From the NCBI GenBank assembly GCA_946407235.1, contig CAMJNF010000002.1, positions 21,674-85,673 of the forward strand: DNA of 64,000 nt. The letters run 5' to 3'. The stretch's first letter is position 1. Every line of letters starts with the position of its first letter. The position numbers and the translations under genes were made by a program. The notes below the pieces were generated by a model, which had not been told where the DNA came from, did no database searches, and worked only from the letters and a program-made list of their open reading frames with translations. This document shows positions 17,636 through 27,469 of this stretch, piece after piece. The DNA comes from an uncultured Fibrobacter sp. GTDB taxonomy: Bacteria; Fibrobacterota; Fibrobacteria; Fibrobacterales; Fibrobacteraceae.

Positions 17636-18976
17636 CTAATTCCTACTTCCTAATTCCGAATTGCAGCTTGCCCACGCGATGGCTTCGTCTACATTCCTGA
17701 TTTTTCCATCGAGCTGGAGTTCAAAGCTTTGCTTGATCATTTCGCCCATTTCCTTGCCGGGCTTGATTCCCAAATCCATGAGCATTTTTCCCATAAGATA
17801 GGGCTGCGGGGCCACATCAAGCAAGTCAAGAGCGGATGCGGCTTGCCAAAGCTTCTCGGGGAATTCCGGGGCGCCTGCAGCGGCGTAGAACTTACGCGGA
17901 GTCGCTTTTACGAGCAAGCACAAAAGCTTTAGACCACCAAGTTTTACCGCCAAGCGACGGAGCGCAGGTGCATCATCCACCACTTCGAAACTAAGACTGT
18001 GATACTCGTTCAACAGCAACGGAACGATTTTTAACAAGTGAGTTTCATTTGTAATGCGTTCGAGGAACTTGAGAGACGTTTCGGGACTCCCGCTGAGGAA
18101 TGCGGCAAAAGCGAATTCCATCGTCTGGTTGTCCGAAAGCGGCGAACATTTACATTCATCAGACGTTTCAGCATTCGCAAAGCTCCTGCGCAAGCTTTCC
18201 ATATTGTCGAGCATTTCGCCCAAATCTTCCCAAGAGCCACGCAGTGGCGAAACTTCCGGGAAAAATTCATTCAGCTTGATATCCAGGAACGCACGCAAAC
18301 CAAGCGATGGCTTACCCGGTTTCAAGAGCCACTTCTTGAATTCTTCAAAAAGCCTTTCAATAGAAAGGTCCGCAAGCGAAAGGGTCTTGCAAAGTTCGAC
18401 CGTCTCTGGCGCAAGCGTGAGCGCAAAGCGGCTTGCAAACTGGACCCCACGCAAAATGCGCAAGGAGTCTTCGACAAATGCAGGTCCCACATGACGAAGC
18501 AAGCCCTTCTTCAAGTCTTCGATTCCGCCATACGGATCGCACAACGTGAGTTCCGGCAATTCCATGCCCATGGCATTAATCGTAAAATCACGGCGAAGCG
18601 CGGCCTCCTTAAACGAAAGCTTTTCGTCCGTATGCACCACGAATCCGCGATGTCCATAGCCAACTTTACTTTCTGTACGCGGGAACGAGAAATCAAGCGA
18701 GAGCCCTTTCATTGCCAAATGAATGACGCCAAAAGCCTTGCCCACAAGATTTGTTCGGCCATACTTCTTTAAAATCGGCACAAGTTCATCTTGCGTGAGA
18801 TCGTAAACTTCAACATCGTAATCGCGGCAGTTTCTACCCAAAAGAGCATCTCGCACCCAACCACCGACTAAAAAGGCCCGGCCACCCGCTTCGCGGATCT
18901 CGCCAGCAATAGCAAGCAAGCGTTTGGGTAAATCCGGTTCAAACGATTCGCCTGCAAGGGTAATTATAGAAGGCAT
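17636..18976 (-). CDS. CCA-adding tRNA nucleotidyltransferase / poly(A) polymerase family
   Basis: LVGGWVRDALLG, DYDVEV, RRDFTINAM and EDSLRILRGVQF. Confidence 0.9.
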   Translation of the reverse strand: MPSIITLAGESFEPDLPKRLLAIAGEIREAGGRAFLVGGWVRDALLGRNCRDYDVEVYDLTQDELVPILKKYGRTNLVGKAFGVIHLAMKGLSLDFSFPRTESKVGYGHRGFVVHTDEKLSFKEAALRRDFTINAMGMELPELTLCDPYGGIEDLKKGLLRHVGPAFVEDSLRILRGVQFASRFALTLAPETVELCKTLSLADLSIERLFEEFKKWLLKPGKPSLGLRAFLDIKLNEFFPEVSPLRGSWEDLGEMLDNMESLRRSFANAETSDECKCSPLSDNQTMEFAFAAFLSGSPETSLKFLERITNETHLLKIVPLLLNEYHSLSFEVVDDAPALRRLAVKLGGLKLLCLLVKATPRKFYAAAGAPEFPEKLWQAASALDLLDVAPQPYLMGKMLMDLGIKPGKEMGEMIKQSFELQLDGKIRNVDEAIAWASCNSELGSRN

Positions 18977-19335
18977 TACTTGTTGGCCTCGACAGACTTG
19001 TAACGGTCGTAAATGCTCATTGTCTTTTCTTCGGAAGAATCCTGCAACAAAGTCTGGACAGAAATTTCTTGAGCCGTATCGCGAGAGGCAGCCCCTTCCG
19101 TATTCGCATAGCGATCATAGATGCTAGACTGACTCGTTTCGTTTTTCTTTTTCGATTCTTCTTGACGGCAGGTGCGAAGTTCATTTTCCATATACGCACG
19201 CTGGTCCGGAGAATAAGTCAATGTATTCAGGCGATATTCAATTTCTTCACACACAAGGCCTTGGCGTTCGCCGGCGCAACCGGCCACCAAAAGCATTGCC
19301 ACAAAAGCGGCAGCAAAACCAACAACTTTGTTCAT
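18976..19335 (-). CDS. Small lipoprotein, hypothetical
   Basis: Lipobox VAG-C after MNKVVGFAAAFVAMLL; stop overlaps the next start. Confidence 0.7.
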   Translation of the reverse strand: MNKVVGFAAAFVAMLLVAGCAGERQGLVCEEIEYRLNTLTYSPDQRAYMENELRTCRQEESKKKNETSQSSIYDRYANTEGAASRDTAQEISVQTLLQDSSEEKTMSIYDRYKSVEANK

Positions 19336-19355
19336 AATATATTCCTCTACAACCA

Positions 19356-21689
19356 TTAATGGATAATCAAAAGCTTGCCTTTTTTGACCTTAGATGCGCC
19401 ACGAATAATGTACTGGTAAACACCCGGCGCTACAAGGTTTCCGTTATCCATTTTTCCGTCCCATTCAGCACGGCCACCGGTAACGCCATCGCCAGAAATC
19501 GTTTTAACAAGTCGACCGCCTCTGTTGTATACATTGATAACGGCGTCCTCCGAGATATTGTCAAAGAGTACAAATGAATGCATTTTCGGGCGGAACGGAT
19601 TCGGGAACACCTTGACGTCTTGGCGAGCCTCATCAGTCATGTTGCCATTCGAGCTTCGCAAGTCATTTCGCTTGTAGCGAGAAATACCGTTATCGTGAGC
19701 AAACCAGACAAAGCCAAGAATCGAGTCAACAGCCACATCCTGGACTCTGTCGCTAAACATCCCCTGGCGTGTCGAGAAGTGCATCACAGACAATGTATCA
19801 GGATTCGTCGGGCGCGGAGTCAAGCGGTAAGCGCCATTTGTAGAAGTTCCAACCCAGAGATTACCGCGGTTATCAACATCAATACTTGTAAAGCTTGCAC
19901 TTGCAAGTCCGTTTGTCGAAAGCGGAGTCCTCAAAGAATCCTGTTCATGATTCCAATAAACAAGCGAGGATGCAGTAACCATCCAGAAATAATCTGTCTT
20001 CGGTTCATAAACCAAATCCAACGGAGTCGTCGTAGAAGGACCATAATACGTCTTGACATTATCCTTTGTCACAGAAAGTTCGCCACCCGTCTTTTTGGGC
20101 GGTTGGAACGTAATCACATCCAGAGCTCCGTCAGCATCCTTTGAAAGTTCCGCACGAGTTCCGACATAAACGACCCATTTGCCAGTTTCTTCGTCAACTC
20201 GGGCAATCATTGGGCCACCGAGAACCGCGCTACCAATATTTTTGGCACAAGACATATTCCCTTTGAGGTCCATATAAATTAAGCTATAGCCTTTATTCGA
20301 TGCCGAAGTCGTAAAGAATCCATTATTGTCTGGAGCAGGCGTTGTGGAAACTGCAATAGCATATGGCGTTCCTGGAATTTCAAGGAAGTCATCCATACAG
20401 AACTTATTATATCCATTATCATTTGCCAAGAACATGTTCGTGGAATCTAACGTTTCACCCCAGTCCTTATACTGGAAATAGCCAATCCCCCAGATATGGT
20501 ACAACACCCTTCCACCGGGAAGAACAGACAAGGTCTTCAGGTCATGACCTACAGCGTCACTTCTGTTGGCATGCACAAAGAATGCGCGCCGGGGCACACT
20601 CCAATCATAGCCACAATTGAACGAAAATTCGCCATCCTCAGAAGCAGCCAAGACACCGCCTACTGGAAGCGCCTGCAGCTCGTACGCATTACCGATCGCA
20701 AAACTCCTGAAAGTCTTCAAATCAGAAAGCTTTTTTCCGTCATAGTAGAACACGTCTTGAGGCCCAGCCAAGACCGCCTTTCCCGAAGACGGCTTAGAAA
20801 CCCAACGCACTTTGGATTGATAATAATCGTGACGTACGGTATCTTTCCCATTAATTTTCAAGGCAACTTTTTTTTCATACAGGATAGAATCCTTCAAAGC
20901 TTTTCCGCGAATCTTGATATAAGGCGCATCCGAAGAAAATACGGAGAACGTATCGAGGGCAACAACAGTCTCGCCTTCTTTTTCCCAAAGCCTCATACCT
21001 TCCGTCGAGAATGTCTTGAGTTTGCCATCTTTCCAATCGAAGTCCTTGATGGCAAAACCTTTCTTGGAAACAGACTCTACAACTTTCCAAGTATTCTGGT
21101 CATAAAGCTGGACATCGGAATCCAATTTTTTCCAATTCATCTTGCGAACGTAAAGCGTCGAGTCAATAGCGACAAACAAGGAATCTCCGCGAACCTTCAT
21201 TGCCGATATGGGATTCAAAGCCAAGCTCGCATCAGCAATGTGGTCAATCGTAAGAATCGATATCAAAGTCTCGAGATTAAAGAACGAAAGGCGATCTTCA
21301 AACGCAATCGTCATAATCGTGCCGGACAGACAAACCAAGCCCGGAATCACGCGGACATTGCTCCCTGCAAAAGAACGGCTAAGGACTTGCCAACTTCCAC
21401 TCGGCATCATCGTTGAAATGATACCGTTGTCGCTCACCGCAAAAGTCCCGAGATCCGAAATGACAACCGCACTGATAGACGGAGCCGCAAGGCCATTTAC
21501 CGTCGTGTACAAGTCATCTGCTGTATTCGCTCTATAACGGATTCCGCCAGCCGTCGACAAAAGCAAACCATCTCCATAAGGGAGAGCCGCCTTTATCGGG
21601 AAAGGATTTGAATAATTAACCCATTGGTCCACAGCAAAAGCTGTCGAGACCATGAAAAGGATACAGATAAGCTTTGACAATATTTTCAC
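19356..21689 (-). CDS. PorZ-like beta-propeller protein with C-terminal FlgD-Ig/T9SS-type domain
   Basis: Propeller blades (SIDVDNRGNLWVGT, VQDVAVD..GFVWFA) and C-terminal VKVFPNPFRP...AEWDGKMDNGNLVAPGVY. Confidence 0.7.
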   Translation of the reverse strand: MKILSKLICILFMVSTAFAVDQWVNYSNPFPIKAALPYGDGLLLSTAGGIRYRANTADDLYTTVNGLAAPSISAVVISDLGTFAVSDNGIISTMMPSGSWQVLSRSFAGSNVRVIPGLVCLSGTIMTIAFEDRLSFFNLETLISILTIDHIADASLALNPISAMKVRGDSLFVAIDSTLYVRKMNWKKLDSDVQLYDQNTWKVVESVSKKGFAIKDFDWKDGKLKTFSTEGMRLWEKEGETVVALDTFSVFSSDAPYIKIRGKALKDSILYEKKVALKINGKDTVRHDYYQSKVRWVSKPSSGKAVLAGPQDVFYYDGKKLSDLKTFRSFAIGNAYELQALPVGGVLAASEDGEFSFNCGYDWSVPRRAFFVHANRSDAVGHDLKTLSVLPGGRVLYHIWGIGYFQYKDWGETLDSTNMFLANDNGYNKFCMDDFLEIPGTPYAIAVSTTPAPDNNGFFTTSASNKGYSLIYMDLKGNMSCAKNIGSAVLGGPMIARVDEETGKWVVYVGTRAELSKDADGALDVITFQPPKKTGGELSVTKDNVKTYYGPSTTTPLDLVYEPKTDYFWMVTASSLVYWNHEQDSLRTPLSTNGLASASFTSIDVDNRGNLWVGTSTNGAYRLTPRPTNPDTLSVMHFSTRQGMFSDRVQDVAVDSILGFVWFAHDNGISRYKRNDLRSSNGNMTDEARQDVKVFPNPFRPKMHSFVLFDNISEDAVINVYNRGGRLVKTISGDGVTGGRAEWDGKMDNGNLVAPGVYQYIIRGASKVKKGKLLIIH

Positions 21690-21719
21690 ATTCTAAAATT
21701 ACGAAATTTAGAGAGTTTT

Positions 21720-22361
21720 TCAACCAGCATATTCAATAATTTCTCGCAAAGTGACCTCCCGTCCCACAACCATTTTCAACTGTTCTTTCTGCATTTCCAT
21801 TTTTTCATGCATTTTTTGGTAAGCTTTTAGCCGGCGTCTTGTGATGCCCGCCTTAGAAAGGCCGATCAACTCACTCAGTTCACTTGAAGTAAATCCACCT
21901 ACAATCGTAAATTCCACAATCATCTTTTCAAGCGGACTCAAGACCGAAAGCAGGCAAGAAAACTCGCCAATAATGGCGTTTGGATTTATGCCATTATCGG
22001 ACAATAGATTTTCTTCGTAGTTGTAACAGTGCTGCTTGGACTCGCAAAGGCTCGAAATCGGAATTTCACGATTCATGTTCCTCTTCCGATATTCGCTATA
22101 ATGGCAGTTCAAAAGCACCGTCTGAAACCACGGCAGCAGACGGATCCCGTTATTAAGTTCGTTTGCCTTTTGACAAAACCGCAGAGCCACCTCCTGAAAC
22201 AAGTCGTCCGCTTCGTCTTTCTCGCCACACTTTTGCAAGCACAATTTGTATATTCTGTAGGAATATTTTTTCCAAACAGAACCCACCCAATAAGGGGGAC
22301 GGTTACAAAGGGATCCTGAATAAGACATAAATGATTTAGTTCCAAAATTTCCTTCTTCCAT
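21720..22361 (-). CDS. ECF-type RNA polymerase sigma-70 factor (start uncertain)
   Basis: Region 2 (ADDLFQEVALR, PWFQTVLLN) and region 4 HTH (LSPLEK..GFTSSELSELIGLS). Confidence 0.8.
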   Translation of the reverse strand: MEEGNFGTKSFMSYSGSLCNRPPYWVGSVWKKYSYRIYKLCLQKCGEKDEADDLFQEVALRFCQKANELNNGIRLLPWFQTVLLNCHYSEYRKRNMNREIPISSLCESKQHCYNYEENLLSDNGINPNAIIGEFSCLLSVLSPLEKMIVEFTIVGGFTSSELSELIGLSKAGITRRRLKAYQKMHEKMEMQKEQLKMVVGREVTLREIIEYAG

Positions 22362-22376
22362 TCATGAGATTAATTT

Positions 22377-24269
22377 ATGAAAATTTTAGACAAATTTATA
22401 GAATTCAGAAATTTTGCAAACAACAGTTTGCAAAAAACGTCATTTTGCATCCTATTGTTTGCAGCGGCTTCTTTTGCACAAGAATTCAATATGAACAACA
22501 TGCCGCCTCCAGAAGCATTTTTGAACTATTCTAAAGGAGCATTGCAAAAGGGTTCCAGCGTCACTGTCGATATCACCATTCCAGACAACTGGCATGTAAA
22601 CGCAAACATCGCGGCCGATGAATTTTTGAAGCCTTCGTCCATCGAGATTTCGGCACAGGGCATTCACTTTGGCGAGCCCAAATGGCCCGAACCGATCAAG
22701 GAATATAGCGAAGCTTTGGATCTTGAAAATCTTGTTTTCAAGGGAAACTTTCAAATTACGCTCCCGATTGAAGGCGTAGACGCTAATTACGACAGCCTCA
22801 CAACTCAGGCGACTTTCCATTACCAAGCATGCGACAATTCCATTTGCCTCGCGCCATCGCAAGTTACGTTTGGAGTTGGATCTCTGGGGTTTAACAAGAA
22901 AAGCAGCAGCGTAGGAAACTCCTCTGAAAATGTTGTCGGGAATGCCGTAAATAACGCTGCAAAAAGTGATTCGAAAAGTTCCGGGACGTTGACAAATTCT
23001 ACAGAAGAAAATTCTGCAAGCACCTTCATTTTACTTTTGTCAGCACTGCTCGGAGGCATGATTCTGAACTTGATGCCTTGCGTTTTGCCTGTACTTTCGC
23101 TCAAGCTTTTCAGTTTGATCAAGCAGGCAGGCGAAAGCCGCGGGCGCCTAATGGTATTAGGCGCCACGACGACGGCGGGAATACTTGCCAGTTTCTGGAT
23201 GCTCGCCGCCATCGTCGCCGCCATCAAGGCGGGCGGCGGGAATGCAGGCTGGGGCATGCAATTCCAGAGCGCTGGATTCATTGCATTCATGGTCGTGATC
23301 TTGAGTGCCTTTGCCATGAGCTTTTTCGGAGTCTTTGAAATTTGGCTCCCTGGAAGTGCCACCACCAAGATGGATAGCGCCGGGCGCAAGCAGGGCCTGG
23401 TCGGAGCTTTTTTCACAGGCGCACTCCTCGTACTTTTGAGCACACCGTGCTCCGCACCGTTTCTCGGAACTGCCATGGGATTTGCCTTTACCGCCTCGAC
23501 CCCTGTACTGTTCCTGTTTTTCACAGCCGCAGGCATCGGGCTTGCCCTCCCTTACATGCTCGTGAGCGCATTCCCGAAAGTCCTCAAAATTTTTCCAAAA
23601 CCAGGCGCCTGGATGGTCACGCTCCAAAAAATCATGGGCATTCTTTTGCTCGCTACAGTCGCATGGCTTTTGTGGGTCGTACGTGAACAAGCCGGTAACT
23701 TTGGCGTCGGCATATTCGCCGCCATTTCGTTATTGAGTATCGCCTTGAGCTTTGCGATAGGGAACATTGCCCCGCCGGGCGTTGCATTTTTTCGCGAAGT
23801 GCTCTCCGTTGGCTTTTCCGTCATCCTCCTAGTCGCCATCTGGTTTGCATTTGCATCGCCAAAGTTCGAAGCCGAAGTCGATGCCATTTTCAAGGCACGT
23901 TCTGTACAGCTCATCACAGAAGATGGCTGGTACCGCTACACGCCGGAACTCATCGAAGACCTCTCCAAAGCAGGCCGCACCGTCTTTATCGATGCCACCG
24001 CAGACTGGTGCCTCACTTGCAAAGCAAACGAAGCAGCCGTGCTTAACCGAGAAGATTTCAAACGCGCCATGGACAGCTTGAACGTTGCCCGCGTCAAAGC
24101 CGACTGGACTCGCGAAACGCCTGAAGTCACAGAACTGCTCCAAAGCATGGGAAAGTCCGGCGTTCCCGCCTATGCCATCTACCCCGCAGGTGACAAGAGC
24201 AAACAAATCGTGCTCCCGGAACTCCTTACGACAAGCGCCATCGTAGAAAAGATAGTTGGCAGTAGGTAG
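22377..24269 (+). CDS. dsbD: Thiol:disulfide interchange protein DsbD family
   Basis: N-domain YQACDNSIC, TM motifs NLMPCVLPVLSLK and STPCSAPF, thioredoxin motif ADWCLTCK. Confidence 0.9.
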   Translation: MKILDKFIEFRNFANNSLQKTSFCILLFAAASFAQEFNMNNMPPPEAFLNYSKGALQKGSSVTVDITIPDNWHVNANIAADEFLKPSSIEISAQGIHFGEPKWPEPIKEYSEALDLENLVFKGNFQITLPIEGVDANYDSLTTQATFHYQACDNSICLAPSQVTFGVGSLGFNKKSSSVGNSSENVVGNAVNNAAKSDSKSSGTLTNSTEENSASTFILLLSALLGGMILNLMPCVLPVLSLKLFSLIKQAGESRGRLMVLGATTTAGILASFWMLAAIVAAIKAGGGNAGWGMQFQSAGFIAFMVVILSAFAMSFFGVFEIWLPGSATTKMDSAGRKQGLVGAFFTGALLVLLSTPCSAPFLGTAMGFAFTASTPVLFLFFTAAGIGLALPYMLVSAFPKVLKIFPKPGAWMVTLQKIMGILLLATVAWLLWVVREQAGNFGVGIFAAISLLSIALSFAIGNIAPPGVAFFREVLSVGFSVILLVAIWFAFASPKFEAEVDAIFKARSVQLITEDGWYRYTPELIEDLSKAGRTVFIDATADWCLTCKANEAAVLNREDFKRAMDSLNVARVKADWTRETPEVTELLQSMGKSGVPAYAIYPAGDKSKQIVLPELLTTSAIVEKIVGSR

Positions 24270-24354
24270 AAGTAAGTGGTTGGTGGTTAGTAAACAGTAG
24301 GTAGAAGTAAGTGGTTGGTGGTTAGTAAACAGTAGGAAGTAGGAAGTAGGAAGT
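24261..24354. repeat. Perfect 35-bp tandem duplication (five 7-mer units) followed by AGTAGGA x3
   Basis: AGTAGGTAGAAGTAAGTGGTTGGTGGTTAGTAAAC at 24261-24295 and 24296-24330. Confidence 0.9.
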
Positions 24355-24553
24355 GAACGTCTTTGCGACCCTCGTAGAGGGGAAGCAATCCAGCGATGTT
24401 CTAGTTGATATTGTCATTCTAGAGGGAGCATCACGACCAAACTTTTTTGGGCATGACCAAGACAAAGAGGTTGGGGCAAGCCCCATCCAATGAAGTCTTG
24501 AGACGAGAACGCAAAAAAGGTGGCTTTGGGCCACCTTTTTCGCTTTACTAGAA

Positions 24554-24612
24554 GGCGATGCCGTCCCCATTCGCGGATCATGACCACATAAGAGCGAAAG
24601 CTCTAAGAAGTC
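24554..24612. repeat. REP-like half site with the inserted hairpin module also found at 2026-2073
   Basis: GGCGATGCCGT followed by CCCCATTCGCGGATCATG..CACATAAGAGC-GAAA-GCTCTAAG. Confidence 0.7.
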
Positions 24613-24636
24613 GCCTGATGGCGACCGAGCTAAGTT

Positions 24637-25869
24637 CTAAATACGCTTGCCTTCGCGCTTGTAGCGTTCGATGCATTCGGCGTAGAAATCGAATGTCTGC
24701 TTCGCAATCGTCTTCCAGCTGAACACGTCAATAGCGCGCTTGCGGCTGACTTCGCCCATCTTCTTCGCGAGTTCAGGATTTTCGAGAATCTTATTAAGCT
24801 TGTTCGCAAAATCCGTTTGGAAAGCCTTCGGGTCGGCCGGTTCAAAGTTCGTTGCAGACACTGCCTTGAGCGGCACGAGATAACCCGTTTCGCCATCGAC
24901 GATGATTTCCGGAATGCCACCCACTGCAGAACCCACAACCGGTGTGCCGCAGCTCATGGCTTCGAGGTTGATGATGCCAAATGGTTCATAAAGCGACGGC
25001 GTTGCAAACACGGTCGCATGGCTATAAAGCACGCGAAGTTCCGTATGCGGCACAGCATCCTGAATCCAGACAACGCCATCACGCGTCGCCTGAACCTTTT
25101 CAATCAAGCTCTTGCATTCGTCGGCAAGTTCCTGCGTGTCCGGCGCACCTGCGCAGAGCACCACCTGGGCGTTCTTGTCGATCTGCGGAATTGCCTGGAT
25201 GAGCTGGCTAATGCCTTTCTGGCGCGTAATACGACCCACGAACAGCACGAACGGACGATTCGGATCAACGCCCCACTTCTTCAAAATTTCTTCATCAAAT
25301 GTGGGCTTGTAAAAGTCCGGATCGATACCATTGTAGATAACCTTCACGCGGTCTTCCGGTACACCATAAAGCTTCATCACATCGCGCTTCATGCCTTCGC
25401 TTACGGCAATCACACCATCGGCGGCTTCGTATGCAGTACGTTCAATCCAGCAGCTCATGTTATAGCCGCCGTCACCTAGCTGTTCCGCCTTCCACGGACG
25501 GTGCGGTTCAAGCGAGTGCGTCGTGAGAATGAGCGGGCACTGCAAAAGGCGACTTGCAACAACACCACCAAAATGGCTATACCAAGTATGGCAATGGATC
25601 ACATCGATATCCTTCAGCGAAGACATCCACTGGAGATTGATATCCAAAGGCTTCAAGATTTTCTTGAAGCGTTCATCAGCCGGAGCGCATTCGAGTTTCT
25701 GGCTAAAACCAATCGCACGGATGTTGTCCGCATCATCATTCTGGGGGCCAAAGCAACGAGCTTCGATGTGGCAGAGCTTGGAAAGTTCCTGACTGAGAAA
25801 CTTGACGTGAATACCTGCACCGCCATAGATTTCTGGCGGAAATTCATTAGTAAGGATTGCAGCGTTCAT
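24637..25869 (-). CDS. glgA: GT4 glucosyltransferase of the actinobacterial GlgA/GlgM type (glycogen or maltose-1-phosphate synthase)
   Basis: N-terminus ILTNEFPPEIYGGAGIHV, HTWY, HSLEPHRPWKAEQLG, VGRITRQKG and YEPFGIINLEAM. Confidence 0.88.
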   Translation of the reverse strand: MNAAILTNEFPPEIYGGAGIHVKFLSQELSKLCHIEARCFGPQNDDADNIRAIGFSQKLECAPADERFKKILKPLDINLQWMSSLKDIDVIHCHTWYSHFGGVVASRLLQCPLILTTHSLEPHRPWKAEQLGDGGYNMSCWIERTAYEAADGVIAVSEGMKRDVMKLYGVPEDRVKVIYNGIDPDFYKPTFDEEILKKWGVDPNRPFVLFVGRITRQKGISQLIQAIPQIDKNAQVVLCAGAPDTQELADECKSLIEKVQATRDGVVWIQDAVPHTELRVLYSHATVFATPSLYEPFGIINLEAMSCGTPVVGSAVGGIPEIIVDGETGYLVPLKAVSATNFEPADPKAFQTDFANKLNKILENPELAKKMGEVSRKRAIDVFSWKTIAKQTFDFYAECIERYKREGKRI

Positions 25870-26069
25870 AATACAGCAAACAGTGTTTAGTGGGCAGTGG
25901 TTAGGTGGATGTCCGCAAACTGTTTTCACTGATAATATTAAAAATTTACACCCTGAAATTCAATAGTTTTACTGTAGCAAACCATTGAATTGTCTCCTTC
26001 GTCACTTTACAATTTTTTGCGTTTTTTCAATATCGTGTATAATTAAAAAATGTACAAAGGAGAAGCATA

Positions 26070-26100
26070 AAAAACGTCCCGACCATAAAGATCAGGACGT
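26070..26100 (-). terminator. Intrinsic terminator of hydrolase paralog A
   Basis: ACGTCC..GGACGT hairpin with T-run on the minus strand; homologous hairpins at 27525-27560 and 27685-27716. Confidence 0.65.
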
Positions 26101-26128
26101 AGGTATTTGGAGTGTTTAATGAATTATA

Positions 26129-27373
26129 TTAGAAGTTCTTGCAGGTTCCTTTCCAGTGCCCCTGTTCACCAACAATTTCGCCATTGATGTAGCGGCCGCT
26201 CGAACCGACAAAGTCATCCTTGCGGAAGTCTTCGCCGCCAAGGTGCCAGCGCATCCATGCAACCGTTGCAGCCATGCCGCCCCACGGACCGGAACCGTGA
26301 CCCCAGCCACCTTCGCCGCCCTGCGGGCCACCCGTCATCTGGATGAGGCAAGCAGGAGCCTTGACGCCATTGTTGTTATAGTCAGCTTCAGCATTCGGGC
26401 GTTCCATGCCGGCTTCGCCGTACACGATACCGATAGTCTTGTCCGTCGGGACGCTCGCCATGGCCGTATGTCCGAGGTCACCGCTGTTGTTAAGCATAGC
26501 AGTAATCACGCGCTTGTCCTGAATGACCATCTGTTCAGATTCAAGACCACCCATCGAGTGACCGGAGCAACCGACCTTCGACATGTCGAGTTTCTGATAA
26601 AGCGGATCGTTCGGATCGTTATTCTTCTTTTCGAGCCAGTCGAGAGCAGGTTTGCCCTGAGAAGCGTTCCCCGGAGATTCGCGGAGCGCAATCACGACAA
26701 AGCCATGAGAAGCGAGACGATGGATCATTCCACCGTAAGCACCCGGTTCCGTGCCGCCACCCGGACCCCAAACGACAACAGCATGCTTCTTGTCGCTTGA
26801 AAGCTGCTCCGGATAAGCAAGGATTCCGCCGCCATCCCAGCCGGTACGTTCAATATACTTGACTTTCAACTGATCCTTGTTTTCGTCCGTACCTTCAGCA
26901 AGGAAAACGCCAGACGGCTTCGGAGCGTCGCTCGAAGAAGATTCAACCTTCTTTTCACTAGAAGAGGATTCTACTTTCTTTTCGCTGGAAGAACTTGCCG
27001 GCTTTACGGCTTCACTAGAGCTAGAAGCCGGAGCCTGGACATCCGCACTGGAAACCGGCGCGGTAGCAGAGCTTGAATTGGCGACATCGGCGGAAGATTC
27101 CGGATTCTGCGGCCCAACATCCGCGCTAGAACCAGGAGCAGCCGCACCAGAGCCAGATTCAGCGGTAGCACTGGACCCCAGCTGAACTTCACCATTTCCC
27201 TGCTGTTGTTCGACAGAACTGGACGATTCCCCACCCTGCTGGATTTCGCCTGCAGAACTAGACGAAAATGCGACAGCAAAATCAGAAGCAGCAGATGTGA
27301 CAGCATCATCACCGCAATTCATGAAGACCAGTGAACTGGCCAACACCATTGTCTTTAAGAGTTTAGATTTCAT
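26129..27373 (-). CDS. Lipoprotein alpha/beta hydrolase (cutinase/chlorophyllase/PETase-like) with Ser-rich linker, paralog A
   Basis: Lipobox FMN-C, SSS-rich linker, RLASHGFVVIA, GHSMGG and GHGSG. Confidence 0.85.
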   Translation of the reverse strand: MKSKLLKTMVLASSLVFMNCGDDAVTSAASDFAVAFSSSSAGEIQQGGESSSSVEQQQGNGEVQLGSSATAESGSGAAAPGSSADVGPQNPESSADVANSSSATAPVSSADVQAPASSSSEAVKPASSSSEKKVESSSSEKKVESSSSDAPKPSGVFLAEGTDENKDQLKVKYIERTGWDGGGILAYPEQLSSDKKHAVVVWGPGGGTEPGAYGGMIHRLASHGFVVIALRESPGNASQGKPALDWLEKKNNDPNDPLYQKLDMSKVGCSGHSMGGLESEQMVIQDKRVITAMLNNSGDLGHTAMASVPTDKTIGIVYGEAGMERPNAEADYNNNGVKAPACLIQMTGGPQGGEGGWGHGSGPWGGMAATVAWMRWHLGGEDFRKDDFVGSSGRYINGEIVGEQGHWKGTCKNF

Positions 27374-27454
27374 TTTGTTCTCCTATTTTACCATAACCTG
27401 ATCATAAATTACCCTAATTTTCCATAGAATTCTTTTACTATAAATAAAGTAACA

Positions 27455-27469
27455 TGGATAAAAAATCCA
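27455..27469. promoter_or_regulatory. Palindromic operator-like site TGGAT-N5-ATCCA (identical copy at 27665-27679, variant at 29161-29175)
   Basis: Inverted repeat conserved upstream of each paralog unit. Confidence 0.55.

Noticed and set aside
24261-24330. 35-bp direct repeat of CRISPR-like length
   Set aside because: The copies are adjacent with no spacer, are built from heptamer units, and no cas genes are present
26900-27260. Repetitive DNA in the hydrolase genes (also 28540-28940)
   Set aside because: Explained by Ser-rich linker coding, common in Fibrobacter lipoproteins
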